58,331 nt of DNA from Opitutaceae bacterium (GTDB taxonomy: Bacteria > Verrucomicrobiota > Verrucomicrobiia > Opitutales > Opitutaceae). The stretch spans positions 1 through 58,331 of the forward strand of contig DATJUU010000118.1 of assembly GCA_035502155.1 (NCBI GenBank), given 5' to 3'. A program made the translations under genes and the position numbers. The stretch's first letter is position 1; each line of letters starts with the position of its first letter. The notes below the pieces were generated by a model. That model saw nothing but the letters and a program-made list of their open reading frames with translations. It had not been told where the DNA came from and did no database searches. This document shows, piece by piece, positions 26,722 to 35,463 of the stretch.

Positions 26722-27327
26722 TCACGCGGCGCGCCGGCGGCCCCGCCACCCTATCGCCAGATACGCAATCCCGGCGCAGGCGACCCCGCCGAGGTGGGCC
26801 ATCGGCACCACGCGCACGTCCGGGTCAAACCGCGCGAACAGCGGCGCCGGTCCGCCCGCCTCCAGCGCGATCTTCACCGCGACCAGCACCAGCACCGACG
26901 GCCAGAACCACCAAGGCGCCGCCCGGTCGCGGCGCCATTGCACCAGCGCCAGCAGCACCAGCACGCCCGTCGCCACTCCGGAAAGCCCGGCGTAGCGCTC
27001 GAGCGATGGCTCGGCCCCGAGCAGCAAGACCGAGATTGCCGGCGGCGCCAGCAGGTAGAACCAGCGCGCCGCCCGCGGCCGGATCCACTCCAGCCACCCG
27101 CCCGCTGCGACGAACACTGCGAGATCCAGCCACAGATGGCTGGAGCTGTAGTGCACCAGATGCCCGGTCCACAGCCGCCAGACCTGGCCGGCCAGGATTG
27201 CCGGCCGCTCGTAGATCCAGGCGCCGGCCAGCGGCGGCCAGACATAGGCCAGCCCCGCTGCCGCCGTGATCGCCAGCGTTGCCGCGAGCCGGGTCAGCGC
27301 CGGGGCCGGCTTTTTTGCCGCATCCAT
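26722..27327 (-). CDS. rrtA: Rhombosortase-like rhomboid-family intramembrane serine protease
   Basis: ATG at 27327, 201 aa, about 6 TM segments. WRLWTGHLVHYSSSHLWLDL (rhomboid TM2 motif), GLSGVATG (catalytic GxSG) and AHLGGVACAG (catalytic His). The small size and lack of extra domains fit rhombosortase. The 5' end overlaps the 3' end of the NHL gene by 34 nt. Confidence 0.7.
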   Translation of the reverse strand: MDAAKKPAPALTRLAATLAITAAAGLAYVWPPLAGAWIYERPAILAGQVWRLWTGHLVHYSSSHLWLDLAVFVAAGGWLEWIRPRAARWFYLLAPPAISVLLLGAEPSLERYAGLSGVATGVLVLLALVQWRRDRAAPWWFWPSVLVLVAVKIALEAGGPAPLFARFDPDVRVVPMAHLGGVACAGIAYLAIGWRGRRRAA

Positions 27328-30300
27328 CGCGCCGCCCCCAGCAGCGCCAGCGCGCCCGCCAGCCAGGGATCGACGGTTCCGCCGCCGCCGCTGGAGGAGC
27401 CGCCGGCCGACGCGGACGCCGAGCCGCTGCCCGAACTCGAGGAGTTCGACGCGCTGCTGGTGGCGGAGGCCGCCGTCAGCGCCATCGTCGTCACCGCGCC
27501 GCTCGTCGAGATCTTGCGGATCGCGGCGTTGCCCGTGTCCGCCACGTACAGGTTGCCGCTGCCGTCGGCCACGATGCCGCGCGGCTGATTGAAGAGCGCG
27601 GTGGTGCCCATGCCGTCGCCCAGGCCCGCGGTGCCGGCCACGCCCGCCACCGTGCTCACGACGCCGGCCGGCGTGACGCGGCGGATCGTGGCGTTGCCGG
27701 TGTCGGCGACATAGAGATTGCCGCTGGCGTCGAGCGTCGCGCCCACCGGCTGGTTGAACAGGCCGTACTGGCCCGTGCCGTCGTTGGTCCCGCTCAGCCC
27801 GGCCGAGCCGGCGAGCGTGCTCACCGCCGCGGCCGGCGTGATCTTGCGGATCGTGTCGTTGTAGGTGTCGGCCACGTAGAGATTGCCCGCGCCGTCCACC
27901 GTCACCCCGCTGGGATAATTGAACTGGGCCGCCGTCCCGGTGCCGTCGGCGTCGCCCTTGGCCGCGGCCGCACCCGCCACCGTGGTGACCGCGCCCGCCG
28001 CCGTGACCTTGCGGATCGTGTCGGTGAAGGCGTCCGCCACGTAGAGATTGCCCGCGCCGTCGACGGTGAGGCCGACCGGATAATTGAACTGCGCCGCGGT
28101 GCCCGTGCCGTCGACGTTGCCGCGGCTGCCCGCGGCCCCGGCGAGGGTCGAGACGGTGCCGGCCGTGGTGATCTTGCGGATCGTGGCGTTGCCGGTGTCG
28201 GCGACATAGACGTTGCCGGCGGAATCCACCGCCACGCCGTTCGGCTGGTTAAACAGGGCGCTCATGCCGTCCTGCATGCCGGCGACGCCGGTCGAGCCGG
28301 CCAGCGTGCTCACCGTGCCGCCGGCGGTGATCTTCCGGATCACATTGGCCGAGGCATCGGCCACGTACAGGTTGCCGGCGGTGTCCGCGGCGAGGGCGGA
28401 GGGATAAACCAGCAACCCTCCGGAGCCCGCGCCGCTCGACCCCGAGCCGGAGGAACTCGAACTGGAGCTGGACGAGGAGCTCGAACTGCCGGAGCCGGAG
28501 CTGCCGGACCCGCTGCCGCTCGAACTGCCGGAGCCGCTGCTGCCGGAGCTGTCGCCCGACCCGGAGGAGCCCGAGCCGGTCGTGGAGTTGGTGCTCGATG
28601 ACGGCACGCCCTTGCGGATCGTGTTGTTGAAGGTATCGGAGACGTAGAGATTGCCGGCGCTGTCCACCGCCACCCCGCTCGGCGTGTTGAACAGCGCCCC
28701 GCTGCCCGTGCCGTCCACGCTGCCGATGACGCCGTGCATGCCGGCCACGGTGGTGACCACCCCCGCCGGCGTGATCCGGCGGATCGTGTCCCCGTTGTCC
28801 TCCGCGACGAAAATGTTGCCCGCGTTGTCCACGGTCAGCGCCGTGGGCGAGTCGAACCACGCGTTGGTGCCCGTTCCGTCCCGGTCGCCGGCGTTCAGTG
28901 CCGAGCCGGCCACCGTGGTCACAACCAGGTTGGGCGTGATCTTGCGGATGACGTTGTTGCCCGTGTCGGCCACGTAGACGTTGCCCGTGATGTCGGTCGC
29001 GACTCCGCCCGGTGCCCGGAAGCTGGCGCCGCTGCCGGTGCCGTCGATCGCGCCGGCGATCCCCGCGATGCCCGCGAAAGTCGTCACGATCCCATCCTGG
29101 GTGACCTTGCGAATCACGCTGTTGGCGGTGTCCGCCACGAAGATGTTGCCGGAGGGATCGACCGCCACGGACTTGGGCAGGAAGAATGCCGCGTCCGAGG
29201 CCGTGCCGTCGACGCTCCCCCGGACATTCGCCGCGCCGGCCAGCGTCGTCACCACCCCGCCCGGGGCGATCTTGCGGATCGTGGCGTTGTAGGCGTCGGC
29301 CACGAAGATGTTGCCGTTGCTGTCCAGCGCCACGCCCACCGGCAGGAAGAATGTCGCCAGGTTGCCCGTGCCGTCGGCGGCGCCCTCGCTGCCGGGCGAT
29401 CCCGCCACCGTGCTGACCGTGCCGTCGGGCGCGATCATGCGCACCGTGGCGTTGAACGTGTCGCCGACATACAGGTTGCCCGCGTGGTCCACCGCGATCC
29501 CGTTGGGTTCGTTGAACCGGGCGTTGCGGCCGACGCCATCGTCAGCGCCCTTGGTGCCGACAAACGCCGACCCGGCGAGCGTGGTCACCACGCCGGCGGG
29601 CGTGACCTCGCGGATGATGTTGTTCTGGGAATCCGAGACGTAGAGGTTGCCCGCGCTGTCCAGCGAGATGCCCTGGGGATAGCTAAAGCGGGCGGCGCTG
29701 CCCGTGCCGTCACCGAATCCGACGCTGCCCACCTGGCCGGCCAGCGTGCTGACCACGCCCGCCGAGGTGATCTTGCGGATCGTGAAATTGTTCGTGTCAG
29801 ACACATAGACGTTGCCCGCGCTGTCCACCGCCACGCCGCCGGGAGAGTCAAACTCGGCCGCCGTCCCGGCGCCGTCCACCGAGCCCCGCGTGCCCGCCAT
29901 GCCCGCGAAGGTCGAGACGGCGCCGCCCGCGGTCACTTTCCGGATCGTGTGGTTGCCGGTGTCGGCCACGTAGACCGTGCCTGCGCTGTCCACCGCCACG
30001 GCGGTGGGGCCGGAGAAGGTCGCCACCGTGCCGCCGGCGTCGAGCGTGCCGGTGGTCCCGGCGGAGCCGGCCAGGGTCGTGACCACGCCCCCGGGGGTGA
30101 CCTTGCGGATCGTGTTGTTGCTCGTGTCGGCCACATAGGCGTTGCCGGAACTATCGACCGTGATCCCCGTGGGCGAGCTGAACAACGCCCCAGTGCCCGT
30201 GCCATCCGTGCTGCCGGCGGGACCGGAGACGCCGGCGATCGTGGTCACGACGCCGGCCGGCGAGACCAGGCGGATCAGCTGGTTGCCCGGGTCCGCGACC

Positions 30301-32729
30301 CAGATGTTCCCGGACGGATCCACCGCCACGCCGCCGGGCGAATTGAACCGGGCCGAGCTGCCCGTGCCGTCCGTGCTGCCCGGCGTGCCGGGCAGGCCCG
30401 CCAGGGTCGTGACGAGGCCGGCGGGGGTGAGCTTGCGGATGGTGTCATTGAAGGTGTCGGCCACGTAGACGTTGCCGCTCGCGTCGACCGCCGTGGCGCG
30501 CGGCGAACTGAAGCGGGCGGCGCTGCCGATGCCGTCGGCGCTGCCGCGGCTGCTGGCCGTGCCGGCCAGCGTGGTGACGACGCCGGCGGAGGTCACCTGG
30601 CGCACCGCGTTGTTGTAGGTGTCCGCCACGTAGGCGACCCCGGAGCCGTCCACCGCGATGCCCTCCGGCTGGTTGAGCAGGGCGCCGGCGCCGGTGCCGT
30701 CGGCGAGGCCGCGCACGCCCGCCTCGCCCGCGATCGTGCTGACCACGCCCGCCGGGGTGATGAAGCGGACCTCGCTGTTGTTCGTATCCGCGACAAAAAT
30801 GTTCCCGGCGCCGTCCACCGCCACGCCCATCGGGCCATCAAACCGGGCGAGGATCGCCTGGCCGTCCCGGCTGAGGTTGCTCCGGTCGGCGCCCGAACCC
30901 GCAACGGTGGTCACCACCGCTCCCGGCGCGATCTTCCGGATGCAGTTGTTGCCCGTGTCCGCCACGTAGAGGTTGCCGGAGCTGTCGCGCCACATGCCGG
31001 CCGGATAATTGAACTGCGCGGCGCTGCCCGTGCCGTCGGCCCGGCCCGCGTTGCTCGGCGCTCCCGCGACCGTGGTCACCACGCCGGCGGCGGTCACCTT
31101 CCGGATGGTGTTGTTGCCGTTGTCGGCCACATAGATCGTGCCCGAGCTGTCCACCGCCACCCCGGTGGGAAAATTGAACTTCGCCGCCGTGCCCGTCCCG
31201 TCCACCGCGCCCTTGATCCCCACGGTGCCGGCGAGCGTCGAGGACACACCAGCCGGGGTGATCTTCCGGATCGTGTTGCTGCCGGTGTCCGACACGTATA
31301 CGTTGCCCCCGCTGTCCACCGCAATGCCCTGCGGGGAATTGAACAGGATCGCCGTGCCGGTGCCGTCGGTGGAGCCGATGCCGCCCGCATAGCCCGCAAA
31401 GGTGGTCACCACCCCCGCCGAGGTGATCTTGCGCACGTCATGGCTGGAGGTGTCGGTCACGTACAGGTTGCCGCCGCTGTCCACCGCCACCCCGATCGGG
31501 CTGTTGAACGTCGCCTTGGTGCCGGTGCCATCGTCGATCCCGGCCGTGCCCGTCGAACCGGCCAGCGTTGTCACCACGCCCCCCGAGGTGACCTTGCGGA
31601 TCGTGTTGTTGCTGCTGTCCGTCACGTAAATGTTGCCCGCGCTGTCGAGCGCCAGTGAGGTCGGCGCGCCAAACCGCGCGGCCGTGCCCGTGCCGTCGGT
31701 GCTGCCGGCGAAACCCGCGGCGCCCGCCAGGGTGGTCACCACCCCCGCCGACGTGATCCTGCGGATGACGGCGTTGGAGGCGTCCGCCACGAAGACGTTG
31801 CCGCTCGCGTCCGACGCCACGTAACCCGGCCCGAAGAACAGGGCGCCTGTCCCCGTGCCGTCCTGCGTGCCGCGCACGCCCGCGGTTCCGGCCAGAGTGC
31901 TCACCACCCCCGCCGGCGTGATCTTGCGGATCGTCTGGTTGCCGGAGTCCCCGACGTAGATGTTGCCCGCGCTGTCGAGGGCGACCCCGCGGGGCTGGTT
32001 GAAGCGGGCGACGCTGCCGGTGCCGTCGGTGGAGCCCTGGCTCGGCAGGACCCCGACCCCGGCATAGGTGGTGACCACGCCCGCCGAAGTCACCTTGCGG
32101 ATCGTGTTGGCCCCGGCGTCCGAAACGAAAACGTTGCCGCTGCCGTCCACCGCGACGCCGAACGGAAGGACGAAGCTCGCCGCGGTGCCGGTGCCGTCCG
32201 ACACGCCCACGACATCCGGCGAACCGGCCAGCGTCGTCACCACGCCCGCAGGCGTGACCTTGCGGACCGTGCCGTTGCCGGAGTCCGTCACGAAGAAATT
32301 GCCCGCCCCGTCCATCGCAATGCCGGTCGGATCCAGAAAGCGCGCCGCGGTCCCGGTGCCGTCGGCCGTGCCGGTGAGTGTCGGCGACCCCGCAAACGTC
32401 GTGGCCACGCCTGCCGGGGTGATCTTCCGGATGGTGCTGTTGTTGGTGTCGACCAGATAGGTGTTGCCCTGGCTGTCCACCACCAGGCTGGCGGGGTGGT
32501 TGAACTGGGCGGCGCTGCCGGTGCCGTCGACGCTGCCGATGCCCGGCAACCCGGCCACCGTCGTGAACGTGTAGGGCGTGTAGGTGGTGGTATAGGTCGG
32601 CGGGTTCGAATTGGTCTGCGCCAGGGCCAGCGCCGGCGACAGCCCCGCCGCGGCCAGCAGGCCGCGCCAGGCGGGGAGGTGGAAGCTTGCGCGCCAGACG
32701 GACGCGACGCGCCAAACACTGACATTCAT
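27294..32729 (-). CDS. Giant secreted NHL-repeat protein (1811 aa, 30 blades) with Gly-rich/hydrophobic/basic C-terminal sorting signal
   Basis: ATG at 32729 and a signal peptide (...SPALALAQT). 30 units of about 55 aa of the form DGTG.AA.FN.P.GVAVDSAGN.YVAD..N.TIRK.T.AGVVTTLAG. Internal Ser/Gly linker. The tail is ...SSSGGGGTVDPWLAGALALLGAARWMRQKSRPRR. Confidence 0.88.
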   Translation of the reverse strand: MNVSVWRVASVWRASFHLPAWRGLLAAAGLSPALALAQTNSNPPTYTTTYTPYTFTTVAGLPGIGSVDGTGSAAQFNHPASLVVDSQGNTYLVDTNNSTIRKITPAGVATTFAGSPTLTGTADGTGTAARFLDPTGIAMDGAGNFFVTDSGNGTVRKVTPAGVVTTLAGSPDVVGVSDGTGTAASFVLPFGVAVDGSGNVFVSDAGANTIRKVTSAGVVTTYAGVGVLPSQGSTDGTGSVARFNQPRGVALDSAGNIYVGDSGNQTIRKITPAGVVSTLAGTAGVRGTQDGTGTGALFFGPGYVASDASGNVFVADASNAVIRRITSAGVVTTLAGAAGFAGSTDGTGTAARFGAPTSLALDSAGNIYVTDSSNNTIRKVTSGGVVTTLAGSTGTAGIDDGTGTKATFNSPIGVAVDSGGNLYVTDTSSHDVRKITSAGVVTTFAGYAGGIGSTDGTGTAILFNSPQGIAVDSGGNVYVSDTGSNTIRKITPAGVSSTLAGTVGIKGAVDGTGTAAKFNFPTGVAVDSSGTIYVADNGNNTIRKVTAAGVVTTVAGAPSNAGRADGTGSAAQFNYPAGMWRDSSGNLYVADTGNNCIRKIAPGAVVTTVAGSGADRSNLSRDGQAILARFDGPMGVAVDGAGNIFVADTNNSEVRFITPAGVVSTIAGEAGVRGLADGTGAGALLNQPEGIAVDGSGVAYVADTYNNAVRQVTSAGVVTTLAGTASSRGSADGIGSAARFSSPRATAVDASGNVYVADTFNDTIRKLTPAGLVTTLAGLPGTPGSTDGTGSSARFNSPGGVAVDPSGNIWVADPGNQLIRLVSPAGVVTTIAGVSGPAGSTDGTGTGALFSSPTGITVDSSGNAYVADTSNNTIRKVTPGGVVTTLAGSAGTTGTLDAGGTVATFSGPTAVAVDSAGTVYVADTGNHTIRKVTAGGAVSTFAGMAGTRGSVDGAGTAAEFDSPGGVAVDSAGNVYVSDTNNFTIRKITSAGVVSTLAGQVGSVGFGDGTGSAARFSYPQGISLDSAGNLYVSDSQNNIIREVTPAGVVTTLAGSAFVGTKGADDGVGRNARFNEPNGIAVDHAGNLYVGDTFNATVRMIAPDGTVSTVAGSPGSEGAADGTGNLATFFLPVGVALDSNGNIFVADAYNATIRKIAPGGVVTTLAGAANVRGSVDGTASDAAFFLPKSVAVDPSGNIFVADTANSVIRKVTQDGIVTTFAGIAGIAGAIDGTGSGASFRAPGGVATDITGNVYVADTGNNVIRKITPNLVVTTVAGSALNAGDRDGTGTNAWFDSPTALTVDNAGNIFVAEDNGDTIRRITPAGVVTTVAGMHGVIGSVDGTGSGALFNTPSGVAVDSAGNLYVSDTFNNTIRKGVPSSSTNSTTGSGSSGSGDSSGSSGSGSSSGSGSGSSGSGSSSSSSSSSSSSSGSGSSGAGSGGLLVYPSALAADTAGNLYVADASANVIRKITAGGTVSTLAGSTGVAGMQDGMSALFNQPNGVAVDSAGNVYVADTGNATIRKITTAGTVSTLAGAAGSRGNVDGTGTAAQFNYPVGLTVDGAGNLYVADAFTDTIRKVTAAGAVTTVAGAAAAKGDADGTGTAAQFNYPSGVTVDGAGNLYVADTYNDTIRKITPAAAVSTLAGSAGLSGTNDGTGQYGLFNQPVGATLDASGNLYVADTGNATIRRVTPAGVVSTVAGVAGTAGLGDGMGTTALFNQPRGIVADGSGNLYVADTGNAAIRKISTSGAVTTMALTAASATSSASNSSSSGSGSASASAGGSSSGGGGTVDPWLAGALALLGAARWMRQKSRPRR
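27420..32565 (-). repeat. Coding tandem repeat array (~165-nt period, 30 diverged units)
   Basis: This is the DNA counterpart of the NHL blades. The recurring ...GTGATCTTGCGGATCGTG... (TIRKIT on the minus strand) is visible throughout the array. Confidence 0.8.
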
Positions 32730-33051
32730 ACGGTGGAGGTGTCGGGTACCCGGGGGATCCCTAACAGACGTGGTTTCTGATGATTTGTTTCATCTTTTGG
32801 CCCCCCTGCCAATGTGCAAGGCAATCCAAGGCTGCGGGATTCGGCGCGCGCGGAGCAGGGGGACCGAGGCATGGTGACAAGGGGCCCGGGATACGCGACT
32901 CCCCGCCCGGTTTCAACCTCGATTCCGCCATTTTTTTACCCCCGCCAAAGGCGGACGGACGGCGGGTTCAAAACCCGGTCCCGTCGCACAAAATGCGCGT
33001 TGACAACGCCGCCCCGCGGCGCAGCCTCACCCCTCCCTGAATTTCGCCGCC

Positions 33052-33246
33052 ATGACCACACCGGAAACCACGCCGCGCAGCCTCACGCCGCCGGAAGTCC
33101 CCTTCACCAACCCGCACATGTTCAACCGCTGCGTGACGGACACCGGCAAGATCCTGCCCCGCAAGTACACCGGCCTCAGCTCGAAGCACCAGCGCGCGGT
33201 CACCAAGACCCTCAAGCGCTCCCGCGCGATGCTGCTGGCCCAGTAA
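33052..33246 (+). CDS. rpsR: 30S ribosomal protein S18
   Basis: ATG at 33052, 64 aa. The core GKILPRKYTGLSSKHQRAVTKTLKRSRAMLL matches the conserved S18 core. Confidence 0.9.
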   Translation: MTTPETTPRSLTPPEVPFTNPHMFNRCVTDTGKILPRKYTGLSSKHQRAVTKTLKRSRAMLLAQ

Positions 33247-33274
33247 GGCGCCGCACCGCCGCCCGCCCCCGCCG

Positions 33275-33301
33275 GCCGGAGCTTCCGCTCCGGCCTTTTT
33301 T
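33275..33301 (+). terminator. Rho-independent terminator after rpsR
   Basis: GCCGGAGC-TTCC-GCTCCGGC (8-bp stem) followed by CTTTTTT. Confidence 0.8.
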
Positions 33302-33316
33302 GTGCTCAGCTGCGCC

Positions 33317-34309
33317 ATGGCCGCCACGATTTACCGCGGCACCCCCGCGAATTTGCGCCGTCTCGCCCGCGTCCTCCGCCGCGGCGGGCTCGTCGCCGTG
33401 CCGACCGAAACCGTCTACGGCCTCGCCGCCTGCGCGCTGCGCGCGGACGCCTGCCGGCGCATCTTCCGCGCCAAGGGCCGCCCGGCCCACGATCCGCTGA
33501 TCGTTCACGTGGCCGACCTGCCCATGCTCGAGCGCGTGGCGCGGTCCAACCCCGCCGTCGCCCGCCTGGCCCGGGCGTTTTGGCCGGGGCCGCTGACGCT
33601 GGTGCTGGCCCGCCGGCCCGCGGTGCCGGCGTTGGTGACCGCCGGGCTGCCCAGCGTGGCCGTGCGCATGCCGGCCCACCCACTGCTGCGGCGCCTGCTG
33701 CGCCTCTGCGACGAGCCGCTGGCTGCCCCGAGCGCCAATCCGTTCGGCTACCTCAGCCCCACCACCGCCGCCCACGTGCGGGAAAGCCTGGGCACACGCA
33801 TCCGGCACATTCTGGACGGCGGCCCGTGCCGGCATGGACTGGAGTCGACCATTGTGGACGTCCGCAACCCGCGGCGGCCGGTGTTGTTGCGGCCGGGCGT
33901 GATCACCGCCTCCCAGCTCGCGCGCGTGCTCGGGGTACCCGTGCGGCGCGCGCATCCGCGCCGCGACCCGGCGGCGCCGATGCTGGCGCCGGGCCAGCTG
34001 CCCCGCCATTACAGCCCGCGCCGTCCGCTCCGCCTTCACCGCCGCCTCACCCCGGCCCTGGTCGACCGCGGCGCGCGCCACGAGGCCTGGATCTGTTTCC
34101 GCCGGCCGGCGTGGGCCGCCGGACGGAAAAACGTCTTCTGGCTCAGCGCCGCCGGCGATCCGGCCGCCGCGGGACGAAAGCTGTTTGCACTGCTGCGCCG
34201 GCTGGACCGCGGATCCTGGCGGCGCCTGCATGCCAGCCTGGCGCCGGACGGCGGCCCCGGCGCCGCGATCAACGACCGCCTGCGCCGGGCCGCGGCCCGG
34301 CCGGCCTGA
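33317..34309 (+). CDS. tsaC: L-threonylcarbamoyladenylate synthase (Sua5/YwlC long form)
   Basis: The track ORF starts at a GTG at 33302; I prefer the ATG at 33317. YrdC-domain motifs VAVPTETVYGLAA, KGRPAHDPLIVHV and PSANPFG, followed by a Sua5-type C-terminal domain. Confidence 0.85.
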   Translation: MAATIYRGTPANLRRLARVLRRGGLVAVPTETVYGLAACALRADACRRIFRAKGRPAHDPLIVHVADLPMLERVARSNPAVARLARAFWPGPLTLVLARRPAVPALVTAGLPSVAVRMPAHPLLRRLLRLCDEPLAAPSANPFGYLSPTTAAHVRESLGTRIRHILDGGPCRHGLESTIVDVRNPRRPVLLRPGVITASQLARVLGVPVRRAHPRRDPAAPMLAPGQLPRHYSPRRPLRLHRRLTPALVDRGARHEAWICFRRPAWAAGRKNVFWLSAAGDPAAAGRKLFALLRRLDRGSWRRLHASLAPDGGPGAAINDRLRRAAARPA

Positions 34310-34316
34310 GCCCGCC

Positions 34317-35450
34317 ATGCGCCGCCTCGCGCTGCTGCTCCTGACGCTCGCGGCCGCCGTGTTCCCGGCATCCGCCGGCGGAGCGCCGCGCCCGCCCGCC
34401 GTGGCGGCGGTCCGCCTCGACACCGGCGAGATCGAGGGCGCGAAATACACGATCGCGCGGCCGCCGGGCTGGAACGGCTACCTCCTGCTCTACGCCCACG
34501 GCCAGCGCGACGAGCACGCGCCGCTCCTCGCCGATCTCAACCCGGGCCAGCTCGCCTACCGGACGCTGCTCGGCGAGGGCTGGATGCTCGCCACCACCAG
34601 CTACCGCCGCAACGGAATGATCGTCCGCGACGCCATCACCGACCTCGAGAACCTGTGGGTGCACATCGCCAAAACCTATGGCGATCCGCAGGTCACGATC
34701 CTCGTCGGGGCCTCGATGGGTGGCGCCATCGTCACCCTGATGGCGGAGCAGTTCGCCGACCACTGCCAGGGGGCGGTGGCGGTCGGCGCCGCGCTCCAGG
34801 CGCACGAGCCCGGCGGCACGCTCGCCTTCAGCCTCGAGCCGAAGATTCCGCTCGTGTTCCTCACCAACCAGAGCGAGCTCGACGGACCGCGCCGCTATCT
34901 GGCCGCGCCGTTCGACCGTCCCGTCGCGCCGGTGTTGCTGGAGGTGCGGCGGGACGGCCATGTGAACGTCAACCAGCGCGAACTGCTCGCGGCGGTCCGC
35001 GCCGTCCTCACGCGCATCGACGGCCAGCCCCCGGCCCTGCCGCCCGTCGAGGGCGCACCGGGCTGGTTTGATGCGACGCAGACACCCGCCCCGGGGCCCT
35101 CGCAGGTCCGGTTGCTGAACGACGGCGGCTTCGAGGCCCGCGTCACCGAGATCAACCCGGTCTACGGCAATGTGACGCTCAACGCCCAGCCGCTCGATCT
35201 CGCCCAGGCGTCCATCGCGACCGGCACGGCCTTCGAACTGGCGGCGAACGGCCAGACCCTTCGCGTGCGCTACGGCCGCGACTTCACCAGCGTGCCGCGC
35301 GGCGGATGGGTCGCCTTCCCCGACGCCGACGGCTTCCTGCTGGTGGCGCGACGCGAGGCGGACGCGGCCGCCACCGCCGGCCTCCACGAAGGCGACACGG
35401 TTGTCATCCATCGCCTGATCGGGGACGCCGGCGACACGCCGGCGCCTTGA
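34317..35450 (+). CDS. Secreted alpha/beta-hydrolase-fold protein with extra C-terminal beta-rich domain
   Basis: Start re-set to the ATG at 34317 (MRRLALLLLTLAAAVFPASA, a signal peptide). Nucleophile elbow GASMGG. The C-terminal ~110 aa are of uncertain family. Confidence 0.55.
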   Translation: MRRLALLLLTLAAAVFPASAGGAPRPPAVAAVRLDTGEIEGAKYTIARPPGWNGYLLLYAHGQRDEHAPLLADLNPGQLAYRTLLGEGWMLATTSYRRNGMIVRDAITDLENLWVHIAKTYGDPQVTILVGASMGGAIVTLMAEQFADHCQGAVAVGAALQAHEPGGTLAFSLEPKIPLVFLTNQSELDGPRRYLAAPFDRPVAPVLLEVRRDGHVNVNQRELLAAVRAVLTRIDGQPPALPPVEGAPGWFDATQTPAPGPSQVRLLNDGGFEARVTEINPVYGNVTLNAQPLDLAQASIATGTAFELAANGQTLRVRYGRDFTSVPRGGWVAFPDADGFLLVARREADAAATAGLHEGDTVVIHRLIGDAGDTPAP

Positions 35451-35463
35451 CCGCCGGCCGGCC

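Noticed and set aside
28734-31658. Very long ORFs antisense to well-supported genes. Examples: 28734..31658 (+, 974 aa), 27279..28601 (+), 9921..12632 (+, 903 aa), 6604..7761 (+), 40661..43615 (-, 984 aa), 21686..24823 (+, 1045 aa), 16072..18063 (+), 49085..52090 (+, 1001 aa), 55161..57215 (-), 945..2402 (-).
   Set aside because: Their translations are Arg/Gly/Ala/Pro/Asp-rich with no recognisable motifs. Each lies opposite a gene with strong family signatures (NHL array, TonB-dependent receptors, gcvP, DUF5107/TPR, yicI, OPT/lutB, copA). Long stop-free antisense frames are expected in very GC-rich DNA.
27420-32565. The regular ~165-nt periodicity could be mistaken for a CRISPR-like or satellite array.
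   Set aside because: The units are contiguous with no unique spacers, are diverged, and are entirely in-frame coding for NHL blades within a single 1811-aa ORF.
32900-33051. Small hairpins (CCGCC-AAA-GGCGG, CGGGTT-CAA-AACCCG) and a TTGACA hexamer upstream of rpsR.
   Set aside because: The hairpins lack a properly placed T-run on either strand. The TTGACA has no acceptable -10 box at 16-18 nt spacing. The evidence is insufficient for a regulatory or terminator call.
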